Positions 1-9,742 are shown, numbered from the stretch's first letter. The stretch is DNA of 39,468 bases from Candidatus Margulisiibacteriota bacterium (GCA_034723395.1 JAYEOW010000028.1:1-39468), one strand, 5' to 3'. Program-made: numbers and translations. The notes: generated from the letters alone by a model not told the origin.

Positions 1-19
1 ATACAGTTGTCTTTGCCAT
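1..19 (-). CDS. 5' end of an unidentified gene running off the left edge (MAKTTV...)
   Basis: Minus strand reads AAAGGAGG (27-34), 7 nt, then ATG GCA AAG ACA ACT GTA; only 6 codons are visible. Confidence 0.6.
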
Positions 20-134
20 CGTATTGCCTCCTTTATTTTTAATCCCTGGTAATGATTTTACCAGTTTTGAGGCTTGCGATGGCTTTTTCTTTCCTGTCAT
101 TTTGCACACCTTATTTTACGTTATCCTCGGGGCA

Positions 135-170
135 GTCTCTCGACTCGCCACTTCGTGGCTCGCTCGAGAC
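135..170. repeat. REP-like palindrome (CTCGAC...GCTCG family) with an inner GCCAC/GTGGC hairpin
   Basis: GTCTCTCGACTC-GCCACTTCGTGGC-TCGCTCGAGAC; same core as the copies at 2172, 4064, 9244, 24521, 39119. Confidence 0.7.
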
Positions 171-185
171 AAGGGAGGTAAAAAG

Positions 186-812
186 ATGAAAAAAATTATT
201 GTTTTGTTTGTTTTTCTGAGTTTTCTTTGTTGTGGATATGTTGGTGCTGCAAACACATCGGGCGTAGAATCAAATCAAATTGAAGGACTAGCAGTGCCTG
301 GAATAGAGGATCTGGAGGCCGCGCCAAAGACCATGCCGGTGAAGCCAAGGCATGGAGATGTTTCAAGGCGAAGAAAGCTTAAGATTGGAGCCTATACTGC
401 CTTGATTAGATGTAAATATAATGGAAAAGCTATTGAATCTAAATTTGATGTGTATGTGCGAGATAAAGATACAGATAAAGATATCTTTTTAGAAAGCCAA
501 GTTAGCCCTGTCTCAGAAGGCGGGACTATTGGGTTTAACAGGTTTGTGGTTTATAATGACAAGCATTATTATATTGCTGTAAGATCCATAAACCCAGTTG
601 ATTCTTCTGATCCTGTTCTTGAGTCTTTTACTACAAACCCCTTAGCCCCAGTTTATTCTTCTGGTGATGTTTTTGCTATTGGAGCAGTTGACTTGCCTGT
701 AAAAAATGGAGTTGGAAGTGAATCTATCACATTGAAATTGATAAGAGATGATGCGCCTATTGATATGAATGGACAGCAACCGGATCCGAGTTCCTTTGAT
801 GATCTCCTATAG
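186..812 (+). CDS. Hypothetical exported protein (208 aa)
   Basis: GGAGGT Shine-Dalgarno (SD) before ATG 186, a better start than the TTG at 24; MKKIIVLFVFLSFLCC signal-like N-terminus; no recognisable domain. Confidence 0.7.
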   Translation: MKKIIVLFVFLSFLCCGYVGAANTSGVESNQIEGLAVPGIEDLEAAPKTMPVKPRHGDVSRRRKLKIGAYTALIRCKYNGKAIESKFDVYVRDKDTDKDIFLESQVSPVSEGGTIGFNRFVVYNDKHYYIAVRSINPVDSSDPVLESFTTNPLAPVYSSGDVFAIGAVDLPVKNGVGSESITLKLIRDDAPIDMNGQQPDPSSFDDLL

Positions 813-873
813 GGAAACGCGACAACAACAACACTGGCGCCTTAAAAAAAGATTCTAATAGATTTATGGCTTT

Positions 874-919
874 AGCCCTCGTGGTGAGCAAAGTCTAACC
901 ACGGAGGCTTTTCTTTTTT
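874..919 (+). terminator. Hairpin plus T-tract (probable intrinsic terminator) built around a REP-like copy
   Basis: AGCCCTC-GTGGT...ACCAC-GGAGGCT followed by TTTCTTTTTT, between convergent genes. Confidence 0.6.
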
Positions 920-1976
920 ACAGCTTCCGATAGCGGGTGCTGCGGCCCAAGCCGATGCGCTCTATTTTTTTAAATGACAATAATTTGTTAAGCGCTTGAT
1001 TGACGGTGGGTCGAGCGACTTTTGCTTTTTTGGATATTTCTATAGGGGTTGCCTCGGTAACGGATAACAGATATTGCCAGACTGCTAATTGTTTTGGTGA
1101 AAGTAGCTTTTCAATGTTTTCAGCCGATAATAAATCCACGGCCATTTTTGATTGATCTAGGAACACAGATAAAAAGAAACCCAGCCAGGGGATAATATTC
1201 TCATGTTTGGTTTTAAATGTCTTCTGGCTTTTTCGCAAAGCCATATAATATTCGGGTTTGCTATCCTCAACCAATTTCTCGTGTGAAACATAGGGTGCAT
1301 ATAAGTATCCTTCTTTTAATAAAAGCAGGTTTGTGATTATACGCGACAGCCGTCCGTTGCCGTCTTCAAATGGATGGATGTTCAAGAATTCAACTATAAA
1401 GTTGCCGATTATTAAAAGCGGGTGGTGTTTCTTTTCTTTGAGTGTATTTTGCGTCCATTCAATTAGTTCCAGCATCTCTTTGGGCGTAAGGTATGCCGGA
1501 GTTGTGTCAGAGAGTGTTCCAATCGGCTTGCCCGAAGCATCAATCATCATCACTTTATTTTCTTTGTTTTTGTATTCTCCGCGGTGAGATTTGTCTTTAT
1601 CAACATGTTTCAGCAGTTCTTTATGAAAGTGCAAGATTGTGCTTTCGGAAAATCTGATATGTCCCCAGGCATCGAATACATTGCGAAGCAGTTCATAATA
1701 GCCCTTAACTTCTTGTTTATCACGATTGGAGAATTTTTGTATGCCGATGCCTTTCATCATCTTTTCAACATCACTGTCTGCCAGATGTGCTCCTTCTATT
1801 CTGGTGGATGCGCCGGTCGAGGTTATGAGGACAGACTTTTTCAGCCGCCCAAGTATCTGAGGGCTTAGTTTTGCTCCCGCGATCCATTGTCCCTTCAGCT
1901 CATCAATCCGGGCAATTTCATTCCAGATGTCAGAGGAGATATCTTTTAGTCTTTTATTAAAACGATGGCCTGGCAT
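918..1976 (-). CDS. Fic-domain protein (putative AMPylase) with C-terminal HTH
   Basis: Canonical Fic motif HPFEDGNGRLSR; STRIEG inhibitory-type motif; C-terminal winged-HTH-like segment; AAGGAG SD. Confidence 0.9.
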   Translation of the reverse strand: MPGHRFNKRLKDISSDIWNEIARIDELKGQWIAGAKLSPQILGRLKKSVLITSTGASTRIEGAHLADSDVEKMMKGIGIQKFSNRDKQEVKGYYELLRNVFDAWGHIRFSESTILHFHKELLKHVDKDKSHRGEYKNKENKVMMIDASGKPIGTLSDTTPAYLTPKEMLELIEWTQNTLKEKKHHPLLIIGNFIVEFLNIHPFEDGNGRLSRIITNLLLLKEGYLYAPYVSHEKLVEDSKPEYYMALRKSQKTFKTKHENIIPWLGFFLSVFLDQSKMAVDLLSAENIEKLLSPKQLAVWQYLLSVTEATPIEISKKAKVARPTVNQALNKLLSFKKIERIGLGRSTRYRKL

Positions 1977-2043
1977 ACTAAGTCTCCTTATATTCTAACT
2001 ATATAAGATTATATAAGATTATGACGGCCAGGGCAAGCTTTCG

Positions 2044-2064
2044 ATGGTTCGACAGGCTCACCAC
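2044..2064. repeat. REP-like palindrome, inverted relative to the copy at 881-902
   Basis: ATGGTTCGACAGGCTCACCAC versus the reverse complement of 881-902, GTGGTTAGACTTTGCTCACCAC. Confidence 0.7.
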
Positions 2065-2171
2065 CTCGGGGGCTTTTTCTTTTTTAAGGAAAAATCAAGG
2101 GTGGGGCAGAAGGGATTATAAAAGGTAATCAGGGGTGGAAACAAAGAATTTAAAATATACCCCTGATTCCC

Positions 2172-2196
2172 TCCCTCGACGGGGCTCGGGACGAGC
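2172..2196. repeat. REP-like palindrome
   Basis: TCCCTCGACGGGGCTCGGGACGAGC; very similar to 39227-39250. Confidence 0.7.
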
Positions 2197-2233
2197 TTGA
2201 TCTTCCCTGCTTACCCCTGATCCCAATTAGTCC

Positions 2234-2263
2234 TTGACACTTTTCCTTTAATCATTGTATAAT
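2234..2263 (+). promoter_or_regulatory. sigma70-type rRNA promoter
   Basis: Perfect TTGACA (2234-2239), 18-nt spacer, TATAAT (2258-2263), about 200 nt upstream of the 16S. Confidence 0.85.
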
Positions 2264-2381
2264 AACATCACCGAAACGAAAGGGGGGTATTTAGTGAATT
2301 TCGGACGGCCGGTTTTGCGGTCATGAACCTTCGAGTCTCCCTCCACTTTTCTTTTCACAAAGAAATTTCTCCAATAGGTTA

Positions 2382-2420
2382 GAACTTTGAAAACTAGACA
2401 GCGAGAATTATTGATGCGAG
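2382..2420 (+). promoter_or_regulatory. boxA-like antitermination site and 5' arm of the 16S processing stem
   Basis: GAACTTTGAAAACTAG resembles boxA; 2385-2407 pairs with 4105-4126 and 2411-2420 pairs with 4054-4063. Confidence 0.7.
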
Positions 2421-2468
2421 TCTTTGTATCAATTACTTTTTTTGTTTCAATTTAAGAGCTAATTCAAA

Positions 2469-3955
<1,487 letters not shown>

Positions 3956-3979
3956 TAAGGAGTTAACGTTCCTTAAGTG

Positions 3980-4033
3980 TCCCGACGACATTATATAAAT
4001 AATGGAAAGTCGGGATCCCGATGAAAATCGGGA
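3980..4033. repeat. Two adjacent TCCCGA(C/T)...(G/A)TCGGGA palindromes
   Basis: TCCCGAC (3980) / GTCGGGA (4009) with inner CATTAT/ATAATG, then TCCCGAT-GAAA-ATCGGGA. Confidence 0.6.
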
Positions 4034-4063
4034 GAACATAGCTTCAGGTCGATCTCGCATCAA

Positions 4064-4104
4064 GTTCCCCCGAGCGAAGCCGATTTATCGGCTGAGTCGA
4101 GGGG
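4064..4104. repeat. REP-like palindrome inside the 3' arm of the 16S processing stem
   Basis: Reverse complement CCCCTCGACTC-AGCCGATAAATCGGCT-TCGCTCGGGG has the same architecture as 135-170. Confidence 0.7.
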
Positions 4105-4131
4105 TTCTCGCGTCTAGTTTTGAAAGATATT

Positions 4132-4169
4132 AAAGCGTACATTGTATTTATATGATGTACGCTTTTTTT
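4132..4169 (+). terminator. Intrinsic terminator of the 16S transcript
   Basis: AAAGCGTACAT / ATGTACGCTTT stem running into a T7 tract. Confidence 0.85.
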
Positions 4170-4185
4170 ATGTTAAAATAATCGA

Positions 4186-5025
4186 ATGAGAATACTATCC
4201 GTTTTAGTTTTACTGAATTTGCTGATCTCTTCGGTCTGTGGATTGGGCATTGTTACAAGCCCGAAAATTGCCTGGCAGGGGAAAGTCTTGAAGGTAAAGT
4301 TGATCTCTGCTGAGGGGATATCAAGCGTAAAAGGTTCGTTCCTGGGCCGAAAATTCCCCTGTTATAGGAAAGGTGATGATTACCGCGGGATCATCGGGGT
4401 GCCGATCAACCAGAAACCGGGCTATTATGACCTTAGATTAATCGTCACCAAAGACGATGGGAGTATCGTAACCCTAGAAGAAAAGATGAAATTATGGCCT
4501 ACGAGGTTTCCCTTCTCAAAGTTTTGGTTAAAACCTTCCCGTAACAAGCTGCGTTCTCCAAAGATCGTGAATAATGAGTGGGGGCGGATCGAAAAAGTCT
4601 TGATCGCAAAGGATCCAAAACAGCGCTGGGAAGGGAAATTCATCAAGCCGCTCGATAGTATAGTAACTCAGGGATTTGGTCATCGGCAGATTATAAATGG
4701 CCGGAGGGCGGGGAGCCATCGCGGGGTCGATTACCGGGCGAAAATAGGGACGCCAATCAAGTCCCCAAATAATGGTGAAGTCGTCTTTGTCGATAAGTTG
4801 AAGGCATTTGGTGGAACTTTGGTAATAGACCATGGGCAGGGGATCCATACCCTTTATTTTCACCTGTCAAAGATCGTGCCCGAGGTCGGGGATGAAGTAA
4901 AAAAAGGGGAGATAATCGCGCTTTCTGGGAATTCCGGGGTCTCTTCGGGCCCGCACCTGCATTGGGGAATGTCGGTGCATAATCTAAGGGTTGACCCCGA
5001 TCAATGGGTGAAATATGACATCTAA
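4186..5025 (+). CDS. M23-family metallopeptidase (peptidoglycan endopeptidase-like), exported
   Basis: Signal peptide; zinc motifs HRGVD and GPHLH; IDHGQGIHTLYFHLS. Confidence 0.9.
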   Translation: MRILSVLVLLNLLISSVCGLGIVTSPKIAWQGKVLKVKLISAEGISSVKGSFLGRKFPCYRKGDDYRGIIGVPINQKPGYYDLRLIVTKDDGSIVTLEEKMKLWPTRFPFSKFWLKPSRNKLRSPKIVNNEWGRIEKVLIAKDPKQRWEGKFIKPLDSIVTQGFGHRQIINGRRAGSHRGVDYRAKIGTPIKSPNNGEVVFVDKLKAFGGTLVIDHGQGIHTLYFHLSKIVPEVGDEVKKGEIIALSGNSGVSSGPHLHWGMSVHNLRVDPDQWVKYDI

Positions 5026-5452
5026 CAGGAAACTGGCAACTGGCAACAGGCGACACATTTTAAGAATTATAGATGCTAATACCAATCGAGCTGTAGAAGG
5101 TCTAAGGGTAATAGAGGAAGTGGCCAGGTTTATTCTTAATAAAAAGTTGTTAACGAAGCAGCTTAAGAACATGCGCAGCTGTTTGCGGCAGGCGGCCAAA
5201 GAGATTGATCCTATCCTCGGACGAAAAGTCCTGAAAGATGTCGGCAGGAAGAGCTATACAAAAAGTGAAAAGAAAAGAAGCTCGGTAAAAGATGTTTTTA
5301 CCGCGAACGCAAAAAGAGTTCAGGAAGCTTTAAGGGTGTTGGAAGAATTTGCCAAGCTGTCCGATCCAAAGTTAGGGAAGATATATAAAGATGAGAGATT
5401 TAAGCTGTACGCAATAGAAAAAAAAGTTACGCGTGCTTTGCCAGTATCCTAG
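5015..5452 (+). CDS. Stand-alone ThiD2-like domain (N-terminal domain of cyanobacterial-type ThiE)
   Basis: RIIDANTNRAVEGLRVIEEVARF and ANAKRVQEALRVLEEFAKL...RFKLY motifs. Confidence 0.75.
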   Translation: MTSNRKLATGNRRHILRIIDANTNRAVEGLRVIEEVARFILNKKLLTKQLKNMRSCLRQAAKEIDPILGRKVLKDVGRKSYTKSEKKRSSVKDVFTANAKRVQEALRVLEEFAKLSDPKLGKIYKDERFKLYAIEKKVTRALPVS

Positions 5453-7613
5453 CCGCGAGTTCGGGGTTCCCCGCTTCTTCGATCAGCCGTACAAAATTCC
5501 TTAACTGCTCTTTTTTGACCGCCGGGGGGATGCTTTGCAAGGTCAGGAAAAGCTGTTTGTGGTCGGTGTCTGCCTTCAGGGTCGATTTAATATCCCTGAT
5601 CTTATTCTCCGGATTATCGGGTTGGGCCTGGTTGGCGGTGAGAAAGCTGTAGGCGTATCGGGTGTAGAAGGTGACCAGGGGCAAAGCGTAATTTGGATCG
5701 TTCCGGCGCGCCGCCTCGTTGATTGGGCTGGGGATCATGTTCCAGATGATATTATTTTGTCCTCTCAGGATATCAATGGCCCTTTGGGCGGAAAAAAGGT
5801 TGCTGCGGGTGACTTCTGTCACCAGAAATTCGGTAAACTTATCAGCATTGCGGAAAGATCTTTCGCCAGACAGCTTGTCTCCCTTCGCTTCAATATAACG
5901 TGTAAGATTATCAAAGAAGGGGATCCGAATGTATTCTATCTCGTCCCTGCCGTCGATTTTTTCTAGATCATGGAATAAAACCATGGTTTCTGTTGTAGGG
6001 TATTTTCCATCCCTTAATAATCCCATTAATTCCTGAATTTTAGCGGCAATAAACACAAGTGCTTTTGCGTCCTTGCTGGTTAGCGTTCCCGTATCCCTTT
6101 GGTATTTATTTGATTTTGCGAAGGAAAGGATGGTTTCTCTGATTTCTTCGGGGATGCTTTTATCTGCAAAAACAGGGATTTTCCCCAGGTCGGCTTCGAG
6201 AACGCTCCTTACCGCTTGCAGGGCCAGGGATTTACCTAGTTTCCCCTTGGCAACGGTAAAACTTTCCGCTTGGTTGTATATGCCTGGGGGAAGATTTGCC
6301 GGTTCAGACAGCCTGTCATACACATATGTCAGTAGAACGTCGATACCCTGACGGCTTTGGACGGCTTCATGGATAATAGGATTTAATACCCGCGAGGACA
6401 AATCTCTCATTTTTATTCCAAAAAAGGCCAGGATAGGTTTGTACCACGAATATTGCCGGTCATATTCCTGTAATAACTGCGGAAGAGCTTCGGGAAGCTG
6501 GTTTAAGATACCTGAAATAACTTTTACTTTCGCCTGGTCGGCTTCCTGCTGTGCCCCCTTGATAAAGGAATTGTGGTAGGCATTCTTCAGTTCGTTGACC
6601 AGCGTGGGGATCAATCCCGGATCGGCCCGCAGAAGGCTCGCTGCCAGGCGGATAGAATTGTCGACCACGTCATTTTTTTCATTTTTAGAGCGCAGATCTA
6701 CTGCGGTCTCCAGCAGCGCGGGCATGCTCTCGCGCGGCGTTTCTTTAAGTACCTCTTTGACGACATCCCGGCCTTTAGTTCTCGTGACTACGGCCGAGGT
6801 CATAATTTCGCTCCGGGTATTTATAGCATTTTGGGTTATTCTGATCACATATCCCTTATCGATCATTGCTTTAAGCGCTGCCCGTTCTTCGTCGCCTTTT
6901 TCCTCCCTGAGCTTATCTCTTGCCCTTTTTGTCTGCCGGTTCTTGTCCGCTTCGATCTCCACCGCCTCGATCCGCTGTTTTTCGAAGGCCACACGCATAG
7001 TAATATTTAAAAAATTGACAGTTGCCGTGAATCGCTGTTCTTGTTTTTGTTGTTTGTTGTCAGTATCCAGGTTTTTCCTTAGCCTGGCCATCATTAGGTT
7101 CATTGTGTACATGAAGTAGCGGAGGTTGTTCCCGGTTGTCAGGAAGTTGATGGTCCTTTGGTTGGTAATGTTCCCTTTGATAAATCTTTCAGCGGCTTCA
7201 TAAGTGGACCGATGGAAGCTAAATTGCGGGTCGCAGAGTTCGCCGTAAAGATAGAAAAGATTAACCTGATAAAGCTCCAGCCCTTTGTTCATCATTCTGT
7301 AAGGGTCGGAAACTAACCTGGTCAACCCATCAAGAAAACGAGGACGAAAGTCAATTTGCGGAACTCCTGCGCAATTTAATATCGAACTATAACGATGCGA
7401 AAATCCGGTCCACAACGTCGAATGGTTTCTTCCAAGCGGGGGGCGAAACCGGATGGCCTTTCTGGTGGCAGGGCGATAACTGCGGGGAGAAAAGGAGTAA
7501 GCCCTTCTGGCAAGGACGGAACGGCCGTTTTTCCTACTGGAGGTCCTGCGTTTCCACCAGTTTTTTATTCTGGTGCGCCATGAAATATTTGTATTTTTTA
7601 TCGCTTTTGCCAT
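5427..7613 (-). CDS. Large hypothetical, probably helical protein (728 aa)
   Basis: Long uninterrupted ORF; very basic N-terminus; charged coiled-coil-like stretch; no family recognised. Confidence 0.75.
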   Translation of the reverse strand: MAKAIKNTNISWRTRIKNWWKRRTSSRKNGRSVLARRAYSFSPRSYRPATRKAIRFRPPLGRNHSTLWTGFSHRYSSILNCAGVPQIDFRPRFLDGLTRLVSDPYRMMNKGLELYQVNLFYLYGELCDPQFSFHRSTYEAAERFIKGNITNQRTINFLTTGNNLRYFMYTMNLMMARLRKNLDTDNKQQKQEQRFTATVNFLNITMRVAFEKQRIEAVEIEADKNRQTKRARDKLREEKGDEERAALKAMIDKGYVIRITQNAINTRSEIMTSAVVTRTKGRDVVKEVLKETPRESMPALLETAVDLRSKNEKNDVVDNSIRLAASLLRADPGLIPTLVNELKNAYHNSFIKGAQQEADQAKVKVISGILNQLPEALPQLLQEYDRQYSWYKPILAFFGIKMRDLSSRVLNPIIHEAVQSRQGIDVLLTYVYDRLSEPANLPPGIYNQAESFTVAKGKLGKSLALQAVRSVLEADLGKIPVFADKSIPEEIRETILSFAKSNKYQRDTGTLTSKDAKALVFIAAKIQELMGLLRDGKYPTTETMVLFHDLEKIDGRDEIEYIRIPFFDNLTRYIEAKGDKLSGERSFRNADKFTEFLVTEVTRSNLFSAQRAIDILRGQNNIIWNMIPSPINEAARRNDPNYALPLVTFYTRYAYSFLTANQAQPDNPENKIRDIKSTLKADTDHKQLFLTLQSIPPAVKKEQLRNFVRLIEEAGNPELAARILAKHA

Positions 7614-7724
7614 TTTTCATTTTCCCGATATCCGGATACACTTTTCCAATACATATATCGTCAGTTTTCTTGATAAATTTCACGTTTTTTGGTAGAATGA
7701 CCAAGTTTAGAAAGGAGCAAAAAA

Positions 7725-8783
7725 ATGGGAAAAAGTTATAAGATCGCGGTAATTGGCGGGGATGGGACCGGGCCGGAGGTTGTAGCCGAAGGATTAAAGG
7801 TTTTAAAGGCGGCTTCAAATAAATATAAGTTCGATTATAAGCTGGAGGAATTTGATTTTTCCGGTAAAAGATACCTTAAGACCGGGGAACTGGTCAGCGA
7901 TAAGGATATCGAAAAGTTAAAAGGGTATGATGGTATCTATCTTGGGGCAGTGGGGGATCCCGATGTAAAACCGGGAATTCTAGAACACGGGGTTCTGCTC
8001 CGTATTCGCTTTGCGTTGGACCAGTATATTAATCTGCGTCCAGTGATCCTTTATCCAAATGTTGATACCCCAATTAAGGATAAAGGGCCGAAAGAGATCG
8101 ATTTTGTAGTCGTCCGCGAAAATACCGAGGGGCTTTATGCCGGGACCGGCGGTTACCTGAGAAAAGGGACCAAAGATGAGATCGCTACCCAGGTTTCGGT
8201 CAATACTTATAAAGGTGTTGAACGCTGCCTCCGTTATGCGTTTGAATACACCAAAAAGCGCAATCGACGGAAACAGCTGACCCTGGTCGGTAAGACCAAC
8301 GTTTTAACTTATGCCTTCGATCTCTGGGAAAGAACTTTCCATGCGATGGGCGATAAAGAATATAAAGATATTAAACGCGAGTATGCTCACGTAGACGCGA
8401 CCTGCATGTGGTTTGTTAAGAATCCGGAGTGGTTCGACGTGATCGTGACCGATAATATGTTCGGCGATATCATTACCGACCTGGGTGCGATGATCCAGGG
8501 TGGGATGGGGATCGCTGCCGGAGGAAATATTAATCCCGAAGGCGTATCGATGTTTGAGCCGATCGGCGGCTCGGCCCCGAAATATACCGGAAAGAACGTG
8601 ATCAATCCTTTAGCTGCGATCGGCGCGCTGCAGATGCTGCTCGAAGAGCTTGGAGAATCAAAAGCGGCGGCGGATGTTGAGAGCGCGATCAAAAAGACCT
8701 GTTTAAAGATGAAATCGATGTCGGCGGGCAAAATGGGGATGTCGACGACTGAAGTCGGCGATACGGTTGCGGCTAGCGTTTAG
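7725..8783 (+). CDS. leuB: 3-isopropylmalate dehydrogenase (isocitrate/isopropylmalate dehydrogenase family)
   Basis: GDGTGPEV, VVRENTEGLY, NMFGDIITD, EPIGGSAP; next to leuCD; AAGGAG SD. Confidence 0.9.
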   Translation: MGKSYKIAVIGGDGTGPEVVAEGLKVLKAASNKYKFDYKLEEFDFSGKRYLKTGELVSDKDIEKLKGYDGIYLGAVGDPDVKPGILEHGVLLRIRFALDQYINLRPVILYPNVDTPIKDKGPKEIDFVVVRENTEGLYAGTGGYLRKGTKDEIATQVSVNTYKGVERCLRYAFEYTKKRNRRKQLTLVGKTNVLTYAFDLWERTFHAMGDKEYKDIKREYAHVDATCMWFVKNPEWFDVIVTDNMFGDIITDLGAMIQGGMGIAAGGNINPEGVSMFEPIGGSAPKYTGKNVINPLAAIGALQMLLEELGESKAAADVESAIKKTCLKMKSMSAGKMGMSTTEVGDTVAASV

Positions 8784-9279
8784 CTTTTAGGTATTTAATC
8801 AATCCGCCTGCTTTAATGATCTTTTGCATGAATGGCGGGAATGGCTGCGCGTAATATTTGGTCTTTAGCGTGACATTTTTTATCTCACCGTTAGCCAGGT
8901 CGACTTCAATTGTGTCACCTTCATGGATCTCTTCGGCAGCTTCTGGTGATTCGAGAATTGGTAGGCCGATATTAATTGCGTTCCGGTAGAAGATACGAGC
9001 AAATGATTTTGCAATTACTGCCGAAACTCCAGCCGCTTTTAGCGCGACCGGCGCGTGTTCCCTGGATGATCCGCAGCCAAAGTTCTCGCCGCCGATAATA
9101 AAATCGCCTTTCTTCATCTTATCGACCCATTCGGGATCGGCATCCATCATTGCGTACTTGGCCAGCTCATCCGGTTCGGATGTATTTAAATATCTTGCGG
9201 GGATGATCAGGTCGGTATCTACGTTATTGCCGAATTTCCAGGCCTGTCCTGAGCTTTGTCGAAGGACTTTACCTTTCAT
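8773..9279 (-). CDS. leuD: 3-isopropylmalate dehydratase small subunit with an 8-aa REP-derived N-terminal insert
   Basis: WKFGNNVDTDLIIPARYL, NFGCGSSREHA, SFARIFYRNAINIGL; start taken at ATG 9279. Confidence 0.92.
   Translation of the reverse strand: MKGKVLRQSSGQAWKFGNNVDTDLIIPARYLNTSEPDELAKYAMMDADPEWVDKMKKGDFIIGGENFGCGSSREHAPVALKAAGVSAVIAKSFARIFYRNAINIGLPILESPEAAEEIHEGDTIEVDLANGEIKNVTLKTKYYAQPFPPFMQKIIKAGGLIKYLKAKR
9244..9267 (-). repeat. 24-nt REP-like palindrome in frame within leuD (VLRQSSGQ)
   Basis: GTCCTTCGACAAAGCTCAGGACAG between MKGK and AWKFG. Confidence 0.8.
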
Positions 9280-9742
9280 TTTTTTTCTTCCTTTTTTTTG
9301 CAATAGAAAGCAGTTCAAGATCTGCTTTATCCATTGAACGATTTGAAGCTTTTTTTGCTTTGATTAATTCATCCAGACCTATAACACAAACTTTGTTTTT
9401 TCCATATTCATCTGATATTTTGTTTTTCCACACTTCCTTAAACGAGCATCCTTTTATTGAAGTGATAAGATCGATCCTTACCGGCGCAACCCCCAGCTGA
9501 ATAACTTCACGCTGCTTAATAAAATCTGAAGCGGATAAATTCATGCTTTCAAAGCCGAAGTCTTTTAACGCTTTGACTATTTTGCGTCCATTTTCTTTTG
9601 TTGGTTCAATGAGGATATCAAGATCTTTAGTGTAGCGTGGTTCTGCATGGAGGCCGACTGCATAAGCCCCGACGATACAATACTTAACCTTGTGTTTGTT
9701 TAACAATCCTAAAAACTCTTCGAAGTCCTTTTCCTTTCTCAT
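9269..9742 (-). CDS. Nucleotidyltransferase-fold protein (DUF6036/AbiEii-like small NTase)
   Basis: IVGAYAVGLHAEPRYTKDLDILI and KKASNRSMDKADLE motifs. Confidence 0.75.
   Translation of the reverse strand: MRKEKDFEEFLGLLNKHKVKYCIVGAYAVGLHAEPRYTKDLDILIEPTKENGRKIVKALKDFGFESMNLSASDFIKQREVIQLGVAPVRIDLITSIKGCSFKEVWKNKISDEYGKNKVCVIGLDELIKAKKASNRSMDKADLELLSIAKKRKKKNER

Noticed and set aside
24..185. N-terminal extension of the first ORF from TTG 24
   Set aside because: Overlaps the SD of the divergent gene and a REP; a strong SD and signal peptide point to ATG 186
3956..4131. Possible tRNA or 23S start after the 16S
   Set aside because: No cloverleaf or T-loop motif and no 23S 5' sequence; the hairpins are repeats and the processing stem
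5535..7583. Plus-strand ORFs opposite the 728-aa gene
   Set aside because: Antisense shadows without motifs or ribosome-binding sites
8773..8783. Convergent overlap of leuB and leuD
   Set aside because: Short tail-to-tail overlaps are common; no further signal
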